64,000 nt of DNA from Candidatus Babeliales bacterium (GCA_050250855.1 JBFWNW010000001.1:256001-320000), one strand, 5' to 3'. Positions 8,983 to 19,940 are shown, counted from the stretch's first letter. Notes: generated by a model from the sequence alone, not told the origin. A program made the numbers and translations.

Positions 8983-9082
8983 AAAAAACCTTTTTGTTAA
9001 GCATGTTATATGGTTGAAGCGTGATTGGATCTTTAGTTTGTTGTTTTAAAAATCGTTTATTTTACGTAAAAAATACCATTAT

Positions 9083-9110
9083 TTGACAAAGAAATAAATC
9101 AATTTATGCT
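9083..9110 (+). promoter_or_regulatory. Putative sigma70 promoter of hup
   Basis: TTGACA-16-TATGCT. Confidence 0.5.
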
Positions 9111-9191
9111 ATTACATTAAGTTACAGGAAACTAAAAAGTTGAGTTTTAGTGAAGAGCAGTGTTTAACATAAAAACCTTAGGAGTTCTTTT

Positions 9192-9470
9192 ATGAACAAA
9201 AGTCAATTAATTGACTCTCTTGCTGAAGAAACCGCGTTCAGCAAAAAAGACGTTACACGTTTTTTGGATAGTCTTGCACGCACTGTTCAACGTGCGTTAA
9301 AGAGCGGAGACAAAGTACAATGGGCAAGTTTCGGTACGTGGTCTGTATCGCGCCGACCTGCTCGTAAAGGGATTAATCCAGCAACCAAAGAACGCATCAA
9401 TCTACCAGCGGTGAACGTACCTAAGTTCAAACCTGGCAAAGCGTTACGCGAGGTTGTTCGTTCTATTTAG
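9192..9470 (+). CDS. hup: HU family DNA-binding protein
   Basis: MNKSQLI...FGTW...ARKGINPATKE...PKFKPGKAL. Confidence 0.93.
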   Translation: MNKSQLIDSLAEETAFSKKDVTRFLDSLARTVQRALKSGDKVQWASFGTWSVSRRPARKGINPATKERINLPAVNVPKFKPGKALREVVRSI

Positions 9471-9499
9471 TTGTTGTAAATAGAGCTTTTTATTCGTAC

Positions 9500-9530
9500 A
9501 AGGGTCGCAGAAATGCGACCCTTTTGCTTT
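9500..9530 (+). terminator. Intrinsic terminator after hup
   Basis: AAGGGTCGCA-GAAA-TGCGACCCTT followed by a T-rich tract. Confidence 0.85.
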
Positions 9531-9613
9531 TCAAAATTTTTCTTTTTGGCTATATTGAATGTATTCACCATAAATACTAGGATAAATTCAGGAAACCATA
9601 TGAGGGACGCAGT

Positions 9614-10849
9614 ATGATCGATCTCAATCTTCTGAGAGAAGAGCCAGAAAAAACAGTTGCACGCATTTTAAAAAAAGACCCTTCTTTTAATGCGCAAAGA
9701 TTACATGAGCTAGACCAAGATGTACGCGGTTTACGCTTGCAGGTAGAAGAGCTGCGCCATAAAAAAAATGAACTGGCGCAAGCAGGCAAAAAAGGTGTAA
9801 CAGACGAACTGCGCCAACAATCTATTGAGGTCAGCAAAAAGCTCAAAGAGGCGGAGTCTGATTTAGAAAAAGTTGAAAAAGAGTTTCAAGAGCTTTACCT
9901 TTCATGTCCAAATATACCTGCAGAAGATATCCCTGAAGGGTTTAAAGAATCAAATAAAGTAGTCAAAGAATACGGCAAAAAGCCAACCTTTAATTTTTCT
10001 ATAAAAAATCATGTAGAGCTGGGCACTGCTTTGGGGTGGTTTGATTTTGAAGCGGCAACAAAAATCACTGGAAGCAACTTTGTTGTTTATCTGGATGATG
10101 CTGTGAAGCTCATGTATGCGTTAACTATGTTTATGCTTGATAATAATAAAAAGCATGGCTTTAAAATGGTTCTTCCTCCTTACTTAGTTAATGAAAAATC
10201 ATTATATGTTCCTGGCAATTTTCCAAAATTTAAAGACCAAGTATATGCTATTCCTGAAGATGGTTTTTATCTTATTCCCACAGCGGAAGTTGCTTTGGCT
10301 AATTTATACCGAGACCATATTTTTGCAACACAAGATTTGCCAAAACGCTTAACAGCTTGGACCGGTTGCTTTAGACGCGAAGCAGGTGGTTATGGTGCAA
10401 CAGAGCGTGGGCTGATTCGTATTCATGAATTTGAAAAAGTTGAACTCTTTACCTTTTGCCAACCAGAAGAGGCAGATAAAGAACTTGAACGCATGCTTGT
10501 TTGCGCTGAGGAACTATTGCAGCAATTAGGACTTACCTATCGCGTTAGTTTGCTGGCAGCACAAGATTGTTCGTTCCCTGCAACGCGTACATTAGATATT
10601 GAAGTATGGATGCCGGGGCAGAATGCTTATTATGAAGTTTCTTCTGCAAGCAATTGTTCAGATTTTCAGGCTCGTAGAGGAGCGATTCGTTATCGCAGAA
10701 GTTCAACCAGTAAACCAGAACTTGTTTATACCTTAAATGCATCATCTTTGGCACTGCCGCGTTTAATGGTTGCTTTAATGGAAACGTATCAGCAAGAGGA
10801 TGGCTCTATTAAAATTCCAGAGATTTTAAAAAAATATGGTGTTTGGTAA
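9614..10849 (+). CDS. serS: Serine--tRNA ligase
   Basis: N-terminal coiled arm; LIPTAEV, CFRREAG, GLIRIHEFEKVE, SNCSDFQARR. Confidence 0.97.
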   Translation: MIDLNLLREEPEKTVARILKKDPSFNAQRLHELDQDVRGLRLQVEELRHKKNELAQAGKKGVTDELRQQSIEVSKKLKEAESDLEKVEKEFQELYLSCPNIPAEDIPEGFKESNKVVKEYGKKPTFNFSIKNHVELGTALGWFDFEAATKITGSNFVVYLDDAVKLMYALTMFMLDNNKKHGFKMVLPPYLVNEKSLYVPGNFPKFKDQVYAIPEDGFYLIPTAEVALANLYRDHIFATQDLPKRLTAWTGCFRREAGGYGATERGLIRIHEFEKVELFTFCQPEEADKELERMLVCAEELLQQLGLTYRVSLLAAQDCSFPATRTLDIEVWMPGQNAYYEVSSASNCSDFQARRGAIRYRRSSTSKPELVYTLNASSLALPRLMVALMETYQQEDGSIKIPEILKKYGVW

Positions 10850-11701
10850 ATGATATCTCCTGAATTATTGAAAAAAATTCGTGCCATTCAGCTTAAAACG
10901 AGACGCATTTTAAGTGGTTCTATGGTTGGCGATAGCCGAACTGCAAAAAAAGGTTTTGGTTTAGAGTTTGAGCAGTTAGCTGAGTATCAATTTGGTGATG
11001 ATATTCGCTTTATTGATTGGAAAAGTTCAGCGCGTACTAATAAGCTTCTTTTAAAAGAGTATCGTGAAGAGCGTAATCGTGTTGTTATGCTTGTGGTTGA
11101 TGGTTCGCGTTCAAATTTCTATGCCTCAGGAGACCGTCTTAAGTATGAGGTTATAGCTGAAGTTGCTTCAATTATAGCACTTGCTGCTCAGAACGGTAAA
11201 GATGCTGTTGGCCTTATTCTTGTTACCGATAAGGTTGAACTTTATATTCCACCAAAAAATGGTAGGAAGCATAGTAATATTATTATGGAAGCTCTTTTTA
11301 ACTTTAAACCACAATCATTGGGAACGAATATTGCAGCAGGTTTGAAAAAACTTATGCAGATCAAATCCCGCGATATGTTTTGTTTTTTAATTTCTGATTT
11401 TATTGATGCTCATCTAGAAAAAGATATGCGAGCAGCTTCTCAATATCATGAATTGGTAGCTTTGCATGTGCAAGATTCTTTTGAGCAAGCATTGCCTGAC
11501 GTTGGTTTTTTAGAGCTTGTTGACTTAGAATCTGAAACAAAGCTCGTTGTTAATACCAATGCTGAAACTCCTAATAGGTATTTGGCTAAGCATCAGGATT
11601 TGCTTACAAAAACTTTTAAGAACAATAACATAAAGCATATGGTAATTAAACCTGATCAAGATTATTTATATCCATTGATCAAATTTCTCATAAGGAGATA
11701 A
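10850..11701 (+). CDS. DUF58 (vWA-like, MoxR-associated) protein
   Basis: GLEFEQLAEYQFGDDIRFIDWKSSAR; VDGSRS; FLISDF. Confidence 0.88.
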   Translation: MISPELLKKIRAIQLKTRRILSGSMVGDSRTAKKGFGLEFEQLAEYQFGDDIRFIDWKSSARTNKLLLKEYREERNRVVMLVVDGSRSNFYASGDRLKYEVIAEVASIIALAAQNGKDAVGLILVTDKVELYIPPKNGRKHSNIIMEALFNFKPQSLGTNIAAGLKKLMQIKSRDMFCFLISDFIDAHLEKDMRAASQYHELVALHVQDSFEQALPDVGFLELVDLESETKLVVNTNAETPNRYLAKHQDLLTKTFKNNNIKHMVIKPDQDYLYPLIKFLIRR

Positions 11702-11705
11702 GGTT

Positions 11706-12224
11706 ATGGCGTATGATCCAAAAAATCTTATTGTGTATGATGATCTGTATGATCTTTGGGCTGCATCATGGTGGCAGCAGCGGTGGTTTTGGGTTTTGAT
11801 AGGGATTATGGCTACTTTGATTGCGTTTGGTTTATTTTTTCTTATTAAAAAATTTAAACAAAGTAAAAAGACCAATCAAGACCCGTGGCAAGAAGCTTTG
11901 GCTTTGTTGCAGATGATTGATCCTGAAGGTTTTAAAGATAGATTGGCACATAAAGATTTTTATGCTCAGGTTACGTTGATTCTAAAAAATTATTTAGGGG
12001 CTCGCTATGATCTTGCACTTGCAAGCAAGACTGATGATGAAGTTATAGAGCTTGTATGTTCTTCTTCATTTCCAGCATCATTACATGATTCTTTAAAAGA
12101 GATTTTTACTGGCGCTCTTTTTGTTAAGTTTGCCAATCAGGATGCGGCTTTTCAGAAAATGCTTCAAGATTTAGAGGCATCAATGAAGATGGTAAAAGTT
12201 ACCATGCCAAGCCCCCCCTCTTGA
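11706..12224 (+). CDS. Membrane protein, DUF4381/Bat-associated type
   Basis: N-terminal TM, ASKTDDE, VKFA; follows DUF58. Confidence 0.55.
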   Translation: MAYDPKNLIVYDDLYDLWAASWWQQRWFWVLIGIMATLIAFGLFFLIKKFKQSKKTNQDPWQEALALLQMIDPEGFKDRLAHKDFYAQVTLILKNYLGARYDLALASKTDDEVIELVCSSSFPASLHDSLKEIFTGALFVKFANQDAAFQKMLQDLEASMKMVKVTMPSPPS

Positions 12225-12426
12225 CACGTCTGGTAAACTATAAGTAGGTGCTTTCACATGAATTGGTATAGTAGAGTTAATCTATAGAGTTACAGAGGGG
12301 TGCTGTAGAGGGTTTTGAATATCTAAGGGACAAAATATAATATCGTTTTTTTAGTATATGGAAGCCAGAGGATGTGTTATCTGTCTGGTTTTTTTCTATC
12401 ACCATTTTTTATTGGAGAATTTATTT

Positions 12427-12885
12427 ATGGCAAAGCATGTAGGGGTAAAATTACCTGAAGATTTAATAAAAGTTCTAAAAAAGGGTACTGTTGGCATTTT
12501 GGCAACGTTCTCTGAAAAGGGACTTCCCCATACTACTCCTGTTCAATGTCTTTATCCCAAGGGTCTTGAGAGTATTTTAATGTCTATCTCAAAAGATCAT
12601 GCTGGCTATCATAACATGGTATGGCAAAAAAAAGTTATGCTTTCTTTTTTAGATGAAAATAACGTCGCATATAGTGTTTTGGGAAGAGCTGGTGTTGTTA
12701 GAGCACCATCATTAGTACATCCATTGATGAATGTTGTTCGAATTGATATTATCGATATTAAAAGTGATCGTTCCACATTGACGCGCGTGGAAAGCGGTGT
12801 ACGCTGGAGTTATACTTCGTGGGAAGCGGAAGAGTTGGTTAATAGTTTAACACAAGAGTTAAAGCAGTTATCTGAAACATTATAA
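12427..12885 (+). CDS. Pyridoxamine 5'-phosphate oxidase-like (FMN split barrel) protein
   Basis: ILATFSEKGLPHTTPV; start at MAKH after GGAGA SD. Confidence 0.65.
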   Translation: MAKHVGVKLPEDLIKVLKKGTVGILATFSEKGLPHTTPVQCLYPKGLESILMSISKDHAGYHNMVWQKKVMLSFLDENNVAYSVLGRAGVVRAPSLVHPLMNVVRIDIIDIKSDRSTLTRVESGVRWSYTSWEAEELVNSLTQELKQLSETL

Positions 12886-12902
12886 CCTGTGATGGGGCTC
12901 AT

Positions 12903-14162
12903 ATGAATCATGGTTGTTCTAAAAAGTCGATGGCATATTGTTCTTTTCTGTTATCTTTTTTCTTTGTGCTTATATATGTTCCATGTCTCTTTGCACAAGA
13001 TGTTACTCCAGAAGATCAGCAACCTCAAGAGGTTGTTGAGCAAAAACAAGAATCCGATTCTACTCCCGCAGAGCAACCAAAGCAAGAACAGGAAGATGAA
13101 AAGCAAGAGCCGCCAGCTCAAGAACCTCAAAAGCAAGAATTGCAGAAAGAGGATAGTGCGCAACAACCTGCACAAACTCCCGAGCAAGCAGCTCCTGTTG
13201 TTAAAAAAGAGGGTATTGATACCGTAGATATAGAAGAGGGTGGCAACTGGCTTTTAAAACGTAAAGCGTTGGAAGATACTGCAGATACTATTGAAAAAAT
13301 AGTTAATACGTTTGGTAAGATTGTTGAAGCGAGTACAACCTATAAAATAAGACGTAATAAAATAGATAACGATTACGATCTTTATATTGCAACTATGGGC
13401 TTTAACCTAGGAGATCTTGATCAATTGCTGACAGATGTTTCTGAAGAGCTTGAGCGTGAACGCCAAAAAGATGTAGCTCTTACTGCTGATGAACGAGCAG
13501 CTATGGCAACGGTTAGAGAAAAACAAAACGAAATTAAGCAACTGCAAGCAGAGCTTAAAGCGCTTGCCGATTTAGATCAAGAAATTGATAAAGTGATAGA
13601 TACGGTTGATACGCAGATTAAAACAGCAAGTAATTATCAAAATCAGGCGTGGAAATATTTTCAAGAAATAAGAAAAGTTTTAAGCGATGAACGAGCTGAA
13701 GATCTTTATTATCGCACGGTAAGCTTACAAAAAAGTATGGAAGATATTTATGCCTACATTACCGGAACTCTCAGTGTTTATTTTACAAATCAAATTGAGA
13801 CCTTAAGAGGTCACATGGATTCAATAAAATCAAAAGTTGAATCGTTACAAAAAATGGGCATAGATCTTCAGAAAAAACTTAAGCAGTTTGAACAAGAAGA
13901 TGAAGAGCAAAGAATGCAGCAAGAAAAGCAAGAGCAGGATGAAGCGGTACAAAAGGCGGTCAAAGAGGCGGCTGGCAAGCGCAATAAATCAAATTGGCTT
14001 AATCGCTTAAGAACGATAGTTATCTGGCCATTTGTTCAGGTAAAAAACTTTGTAGTTGGCGCTTTTGACTATGTAGCTAGTTTTTTCAGATCCCCTAAAA
14101 AGCAGGTTGTAAAGCCTGAAGTTACTCAAAATAAACCCGATCTGGAGTCCTTGCCTAAATAA
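12903..14162 (+). CDS. Exported coiled-coil protein with Q/P/E-rich linker
   Basis: Signal peptide, low-complexity segment, long heptad-rich region. Confidence 0.75.
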   Translation: MNHGCSKKSMAYCSFLLSFFFVLIYVPCLFAQDVTPEDQQPQEVVEQKQESDSTPAEQPKQEQEDEKQEPPAQEPQKQELQKEDSAQQPAQTPEQAAPVVKKEGIDTVDIEEGGNWLLKRKALEDTADTIEKIVNTFGKIVEASTTYKIRRNKIDNDYDLYIATMGFNLGDLDQLLTDVSEELERERQKDVALTADERAAMATVREKQNEIKQLQAELKALADLDQEIDKVIDTVDTQIKTASNYQNQAWKYFQEIRKVLSDERAEDLYYRTVSLQKSMEDIYAYITGTLSVYFTNQIETLRGHMDSIKSKVESLQKMGIDLQKKLKQFEQEDEEQRMQQEKQEQDEAVQKAVKEAAGKRNKSNWLNRLRTIVIWPFVQVKNFVVGAFDYVASFFRSPKKQVVKPEVTQNKPDLESLPK

Positions 14163-14237
14163 AAACTTCTGATTTGGTCTCTTTTTTCGTTGATCAAATG
14201 CTTTAAATCTGGTACATTTTTCTTTGCACCAAATTAT

Positions 14238-14324
14238 GCCGAGGTGGTGGAATTGGTAGACACGCAGCTTTGAGGTGGCTGTGGGAGAAATCCTGTAGGG
14301 GTTCGAGTCCCCTCTTCGGCACCA
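14238..14324 (+). tRNA. tRNA-Leu(GAG)
   Basis: Cloverleaf with long variable arm; stem CAGCT/GGCTG, loop TT-GAG-GT; encoded CCA. Confidence 0.95.
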
Positions 14325-14387
14325 GAAATAGAGAAATCAATATCTTTTAAGGCGAGTCAGTTTTATGAATTGCGAAAGGAATTTCTT

Positions 14388-15956
14388 ATGAACGTATCTC
14401 TACGCACGTTAGCTTCTTCAGCTTTTATAGGTTGGATAGTTCTAGCTTGTTTTGGGTTATTTTATTTATTTACCTGGAAAGACGGACGTCCTCAGTTAAG
14501 GCCTGATCGTATTAAATTCGGTATAGATTTGGTAGGAGGAACTTACATTACGCTTGAGGTACAAACGGAAAAAGCAGTTGATGCAGATCTTTCTGATAAA
14601 ATGCAGGTTATGGTAAAAAACATAAAAGAAGCAAAAATGGCTCTGCCTGTATCAAAAACGGTTAAGGACCAACGTATTGTTCTTAAATTTGATTCTGTAA
14701 AAGCAGCAAATGAAGCATCGGGCCTTATTAGTGGTCTTGATAATACGTTAACCTATGTTACTGAAGGCTCTGAAATTCGTGTAACCATGAAAGATGCTAT
14801 TGCTGAAAGAGTTAAAGAAGCAGCAGTAAAAAGTAATATTGATGTTTTAAGAACACGTCTTGATGGTTTAGGTGTAGGTGAAATTACTATTGCAGCTCAA
14901 GGTGAGAAAAATATTGTTATTGAATTGCCTAATGTGGATGATCCGCAAAAAGCAAAAGCAATGATAGGTAAAGCTGCACTTCTTGAAATGAAGTTAGTTG
15001 AACGTATGGCTTCAAATGAAGATGAACTTTTAGAAGATTATGATGGCGAAGTGCCAGATGGATTTACGGTGCTTGAAGCAAAAAATGGAAAATCATATTA
15101 CCTAGTACCAAGTTTTTCTGATATTACTGGTCGCCTTTTGAAAGATTCCTATACAGGATTTGGCGGTCAATCGGGCTCTGAGATTGTAGTGCACTTTAAA
15201 TTCAATCCAGTCGGTGGGCAAAAGTTTTATGAGTTAACCAGCAAAAATCCTGGTCGCCATATTGCCGTAATTGTTGATAATAAAGTTATTTCAGCACCAC
15301 GTATTTCTACTCCTATTGGGGCAGAAGGGTACATTCATGGTGACTTTACTAAAGAAGGAGCCTCTGAGCTTGCAGCGTTACTTAAATCGGGTGCTTTTGT
15401 TGCGCCAGTAACGTTTGAAGAAGAACGTCAAATTGGTCCTTCTCTTGGGCAAGAATCTATTCATGCAGGGCTTATGGCATGCGTATTTGGGCTAGCACTT
15501 CTTTTTGTCTTCAGTACTTTCTTGTATAAATTATCAGGCTTCTTTGCATTCATTACGCTGTTGTATAACTTGTTAATTATTATGCTTGCTGTTTCTTGGA
15601 TGGGTGCAACGTTAACATTACCTGGTCTTGCGGGTATGGTTCTTACGACAGGTATGGCAATTGACGCTTCAATTTTGATTTTTGAAAAAATAAGAGAAGA
15701 GCTTGCACAAGGTATTACGATAGCAAAAGCGATTCAGCTAGGCTTTGCTGATGCTATGGTTGTTATTTTGGATTCAAATATTACAACCTTTTTGGTTGGT
15801 ATAGTGCTCTATTGGTTTGGTACAGGCCCTATTCAAGGTTTTGCCGTTACTATGATGGTTGGTATTATTTCAACCTTGATTACAGGTCTGTTTTTCCTCA
15901 GATCAATTTTTTCTTTTATGTTAGATACATTTTCTCTTCAAAAATTAAGTATTTAG
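14388..15956 (+). CDS. secD: Protein translocase subunit SecD
   Basis: FGIDLVGG, IGPSLGQESI, TLTLPGLAG, GMAIDA, ILDSNITT, GPIQGFA. Confidence 0.95.
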   Translation: MNVSLRTLASSAFIGWIVLACFGLFYLFTWKDGRPQLRPDRIKFGIDLVGGTYITLEVQTEKAVDADLSDKMQVMVKNIKEAKMALPVSKTVKDQRIVLKFDSVKAANEASGLISGLDNTLTYVTEGSEIRVTMKDAIAERVKEAAVKSNIDVLRTRLDGLGVGEITIAAQGEKNIVIELPNVDDPQKAKAMIGKAALLEMKLVERMASNEDELLEDYDGEVPDGFTVLEAKNGKSYYLVPSFSDITGRLLKDSYTGFGGQSGSEIVVHFKFNPVGGQKFYELTSKNPGRHIAVIVDNKVISAPRISTPIGAEGYIHGDFTKEGASELAALLKSGAFVAPVTFEEERQIGPSLGQESIHAGLMACVFGLALLFVFSTFLYKLSGFFAFITLLYNLLIIMLAVSWMGATLTLPGLAGMVLTTGMAIDASILIFEKIREELAQGITIAKAIQLGFADAMVVILDSNITTFLVGIVLYWFGTGPIQGFAVTMMVGIISTLITGLFFLRSIFSFMLDTFSLQKLSI

Positions 15957-15979
15957 GGTATACTACATACTAGTTTAAA

Positions 15980-16056
15980 GGCGACGTAGCTCAGTTGGCC
16001 AGAGCGGCGGAATCATAATCCGTAGGTCAGAGGTTCGAATCCTCTCGTCGCCACCA
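15980..16056 (+). tRNA. tRNA-Met(CAT), probably elongator
   Basis: G1-C72 paired; anticodon loop AT-CAT-AA; CCA. Ile2 identity is not fully excluded. Confidence 0.88.
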
Positions 16057-16085
16057 TAAAATACAAAGATTGTTAATTGGTCTTA

Positions 16086-16691
16086 ATGAATACAGTATCA
16101 TTTCTTAATTTACCAACCTTACTGACTCTTTTTCGATTAGTTTTTTCTCCATTTATTTTGCCTATTCTTCTTGTCACGTTTCTTCCCTATAATAATTTTG
16201 CAATTAACGTAAGTCTGACAATGGTTTTTTCTTTATTGAGCCTGACAGATTTGCTTGATGGTTATATGGCTCGGAAATTTAGTCAAGAAACGGAATTAGG
16301 CAAAGTTTTGGATCCTATAGCAGATAAGTTTTTAATGTATGCAACGCTTATTTCTCTTTTGGCAGTACATAAAATTTATTATTATTGGGTTATTCTCTTA
16401 ATTGGTAGAGAATTTTTTATTATGGGGCTTCGTCTTATTGCCGTTCAAAATAATTTTACTATAGCAGTATCATTTTATGGCAAATTAAAAACAATGGTTC
16501 AGTTCTTTTACTTTGCGTTTGCTATTCTGAATCCTGCTTTACTTCATGCAGCGCTTGAAATGCCGTTTTTTTTAATCCAATCATGTTTGCTTGCCTCTAC
16601 TCTTCTTTTATCATGTGGTTCTGCATATATGTATTACCAAGAGTTTATTAAAATGATAAAAATAAGGGTTTATGAAGGTGATTTTAGATAG
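16086..16691 (+). CDS. pgsA: CDP-diacylglycerol--glycerol-3-phosphate 3-phosphatidyltransferase
   Basis: TDLLDGYMARK..ETELGKVLDPIADK; GKLKT. Confidence 0.92.
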   Translation: MNTVSFLNLPTLLTLFRLVFSPFILPILLVTFLPYNNFAINVSLTMVFSLLSLTDLLDGYMARKFSQETELGKVLDPIADKFLMYATLISLLAVHKIYYYWVILLIGREFFIMGLRLIAVQNNFTIAVSFYGKLKTMVQFFYFAFAILNPALLHAALEMPFFLIQSCLLASTLLLSCGSAYMYYQEFIKMIKIRVYEGDFR

Positions 16692-17250
16692 CATAATACT
16701 TATTCTTGCGTATATCGTTGGTGCATTTCCTACCGGCGTTTTATTGGCACGGTGGTATGGTATTGATGATATTACTCAACATGGATCGGGTAATATTGGT
16801 GCGACTAACGTTGGAAGAAAATTAGGAGCACGGGGATTTATAACTGTTTTTGTAGGAGATGCGGCAAAAGCGTGGGCTTACGTGCAGCTTGTACGATGGT
16901 ATGGTTTTTCCGAGAATACAGTTTTATTTGTTGGCGTAGCTCTTTTAGTTGGCAATAGTTATTCTATTTTTTTACAAGGTAAAGGCGGCAAGGGCGTTGC
17001 TACAAGTATGGGAATTTTGCTTGCGCTAGAACCAATGGTTTGCTTGATAGTATTTTTAGTGTGGGCCTTATTTTATTGGTATCTGAAGATTGTCGGAATA
17101 GCATCAGTTGGTGCGTATTTTATTCTTCCTTTGATAGCATATTTTTTTCAACCATTGAATTTTTCTTATCTCCTCTTTATGGTATTTATGAGTGCATGGG
17201 GTATAATGCGCCATTATGCTAATATACAAAGCTATATAAGGAAGCTTTGA
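16672..17250 (+). CDS. plsY: Glycerol-3-phosphate acyltransferase
   Basis: GSGNIGATNVGR, GKGGKGVATSMG, RHYANI. Confidence 0.93.
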   Translation: MKVILDSIILILAYIVGAFPTGVLLARWYGIDDITQHGSGNIGATNVGRKLGARGFITVFVGDAAKAWAYVQLVRWYGFSENTVLFVGVALLVGNSYSIFLQGKGGKGVATSMGILLALEPMVCLIVFLVWALFYWYLKIVGIASVGAYFILPLIAYFFQPLNFSYLLFMVFMSAWGIMRHYANIQSYIRKL

Positions 17251-17703
17251 ATGTTTTTAGAATTTTTTGTGTATGGGATTTTTCTTTTTTGCTCTACCAG
17301 TTCTTTGGCTGCACTTATTGAAAAAACTATGACAGTAGAAACTGACCAAAATCGTATTGTGTTTTCTGCTTGGCATGAGAATACGTATGAAAAAGTAGAA
17401 TCGATAGTTTTGTTTAATAAAAGATCTTCTTCTAAGCCCAATATTGTCCTATGGGCTTTATCGGATGATAAAAAGAAAATTGCAGTGCAAATAAAAGAAT
17501 TTAACTATTATCTTTTTTTTGATGATAGAAGTCCTGTGACCATTTTTCCTCAAGCGATTGATAATAATATTTTTGTTTTTAACATGCCAAAGAAAAAGTT
17601 ATTATTTCAAATGAAACCAAAAGGTGCATTTACTTCTATGACAGTGGCTAATGATGGTACAGTAACCTTGATAAAAAAAAGAGAGTTTTCAGATGAATTT
17701 TAA
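17251..17703 (+). CDS. Hypothetical exported protein
   Basis: ORF coupled between plsY and the ligase; signal-like N-terminus. Confidence 0.6.
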   Translation: MFLEFFVYGIFLFCSTSSLAALIEKTMTVETDQNRIVFSAWHENTYEKVESIVLFNKRSSSKPNIVLWALSDDKKKIAVQIKEFNYYLFFDDRSPVTIFPQAIDNNIFVFNMPKKKLLFQMKPKGAFTSMTVANDGTVTLIKKREFSDEF

Positions 17704-19438
17704 ATATGTAGCGCAGATTTTTGAATATATAGAAAAGGAAAGCTCGCGCATAGAAATCACCAAGCTTCTTGCCGATTTATTTAAAAAAGCAGATGGTAAG
17801 CAAGCGGATATTATCTGTAATCTTTCTCTTGGCATGCTGCAACCACCATACCTTGGTACCCAATTTAATTTGGCAGAAAAAAGTCTTATTGGCGTTGTTG
17901 CACAACTTATTGATAAGTCAGAAAAAGAGGTAGCAGAGCTAACAAAAAAAATGGGTGACCTTGGCTTAGTTGTTACTACATTTTATAATCCAAATGAAGG
18001 CAATAAAGAATTAAGTTTATACGAAGTTTATGATCGTTTGTGTACTATTGAGGCTCTTGGTGGAGAAGGTTCTCAAGAAAAGAAAGCTCAAGAAGTGCTT
18101 GATCTTTTGCAAAAGTTGGATGCTTTTGGTGCAAAATATGTAATTCGTATTATTCTGGGCACCTTGCGGCTTGGTTTTTCTGATATGACTCTTGTTGATG
18201 CTTTATCATGGATGCAAGTGGGAGATAAATCCTTACGTGCAGTAATTGAGCATGCTTATAATATCTGTGCTGATATTGGCTTGATTGCCAAAACCTTGAA
18301 AGATGAAGGTGTTGAAGGCCTTAAGCATATGAAGATTCATGTTGGTATACCTATTCGTCCGGCTGCTGCTGAACGAATGCCAACAGCGCACGATATCTTT
18401 GAAAAACTTGGTCCTTGTGTAGCACAACCAAAGCTTGATGGTTTTCGTATTCAAATTCATCTTGATAAAAATAAGAAAACTTCAGAGGTACGCTTTTTCT
18501 CTCGCCATTTGGTTGATATGTCATACATGTTTCCTGATTTAGTAGAAGCATTATTAAAGCTTCCTGTGCAAACTATGATTGCAGAAGGTGAGGCGATAGC
18601 TTATGATACGCATACTGGAACATTTTTGCCCTTTCAAGAAACGGTAAAGCGAAAGCGTAAACATGGCATTGAGCAAGCTGCGACGGAATATCCCTTACGT
18701 GTTTATCTTTTTGATCTTCTTTATTGCAATGGCGAATCATATCTTGATAAATCTCATGAAGCACGGCGTACAAAACTGCTTTCTTTGGTACAAGATTCTG
18801 ATGATGAACGGGTACAGGTAATCGGTGAGCAAGAAATTAATTCTGTCAAAGAACTTGAGGCCTATTTCCATGAACAAATGGATCGAGGTCTTGAAGGAAT
18901 TGTAGTCAAGAAACCGAATTCGCATTATCAACCGGGTAAGCGTAACTTCAACTGGATCAAATTCAAACGGCACGAAGAGGGACAATTAGAAGATACTCTT
19001 GATTGTGTTGTTTTAGGTTATTATGCTGGATCTGGTAAACGTGCACAGTTTGGTATAGGTGCATTTTTAGTAGGAGTTTTTAATAAAAAAGAAGATAGCT
19101 TTGAAACGGTAGCAAAAATTGGTACGGGTCTTTCTGATGAAGGATGGCAAGAGCTCAAGAAAAAACTTGATCTACTCAAGGCACCAGAAAAACCAAAGAA
19201 TGTTGTATGTGCCAAAGAGTTGTATCCTGATGTATGGGTTTATCCTGAGCTGATTTGTATAGTTCGTGCCGATGAAATAACCCGCTCTCCTTTACATGCA
19301 GCAGCAAAAACAGCAGAATCTCTTGGGTATGCATTACGCTTTCCGAGGTTTATGGGTTACCGTCCTGATAAAGGGGTAGAAGAAGCAACAACAATTACTG
19401 AACTAAAAAGACTATACGAAGATCAATTTGCGCAATAA
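17693..19438 (+). CDS. lig: ATP-dependent DNA ligase (full length, with N-terminal DNA-binding domain)
   Basis: QPKLDGFRIQIH (KxDG), EGEA, FDLLY, EGIVVK, WIKFK, LRFPRF. Confidence 0.93.
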   Translation: MNFKYVAQIFEYIEKESSRIEITKLLADLFKKADGKQADIICNLSLGMLQPPYLGTQFNLAEKSLIGVVAQLIDKSEKEVAELTKKMGDLGLVVTTFYNPNEGNKELSLYEVYDRLCTIEALGGEGSQEKKAQEVLDLLQKLDAFGAKYVIRIILGTLRLGFSDMTLVDALSWMQVGDKSLRAVIEHAYNICADIGLIAKTLKDEGVEGLKHMKIHVGIPIRPAAAERMPTAHDIFEKLGPCVAQPKLDGFRIQIHLDKNKKTSEVRFFSRHLVDMSYMFPDLVEALLKLPVQTMIAEGEAIAYDTHTGTFLPFQETVKRKRKHGIEQAATEYPLRVYLFDLLYCNGESYLDKSHEARRTKLLSLVQDSDDERVQVIGEQEINSVKELEAYFHEQMDRGLEGIVVKKPNSHYQPGKRNFNWIKFKRHEEGQLEDTLDCVVLGYYAGSGKRAQFGIGAFLVGVFNKKEDSFETVAKIGTGLSDEGWQELKKKLDLLKAPEKPKNVVCAKELYPDVWVYPELICIVRADEITRSPLHAAAKTAESLGYALRFPRFMGYRPDKGVEEATTITELKRLYEDQFAQ

Positions 19439-19460
19439 CTATACATAAAAAAGGATAGTA

Positions 19461-19940
19461 ATGAAAGCAAAGCTCTTAGTCTCTGCGAGTGTATTTTTTT
19501 TTCTTTTTTCTCGATTATTCGCAATGGAATCTGAGAAAGAAGAATATTTCCCAAAAGAGGTAACATTTCAAGATATTTTTCCACGTTGTCAGAAGCTTAT
19601 TACCTCTTATTTTCCCAATGCTAAACCATCGTTTTATAATTCTACACCACCAGTATCGTTTTTTATTATTACAAGTACCTATAGTTTTTGTATTGATGCC
19701 ATGACAGACAGTAAAGAATGTAAAAAAGCCTTTTATGAGGTACATACAATCTTTCAAGAATCTTGTTCTCTTTTTAAAAAAAGTAAAAATAATGAACAAG
19801 AAAAGACAGCAATTTACTTAAATGATACTGCTTTACATAAAATCATGGGGCTTATCATCAACCAAGACAAAGAACTAACAGGATCTTATAATAAAAAACT
19901 ACTAGCATTATATGAAAAAGCTATGAAAGCAGATGAATAG
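19461..19940 (+). CDS. Hypothetical exported protein (signal peptide + ME)
   Basis: SRLFA-MESEK; AAGGA SD. Confidence 0.7.
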   Translation: MKAKLLVSASVFFFLFSRLFAMESEKEEYFPKEVTFQDIFPRCQKLITSYFPNAKPSFYNSTPPVSFFIITSTYSFCIDAMTDSKECKKAFYEVHTIFQESCSLFKKSKNNEQEKTAIYLNDTALHKIMGLIINQDKELTGSYNKKLLALYEKAMKADE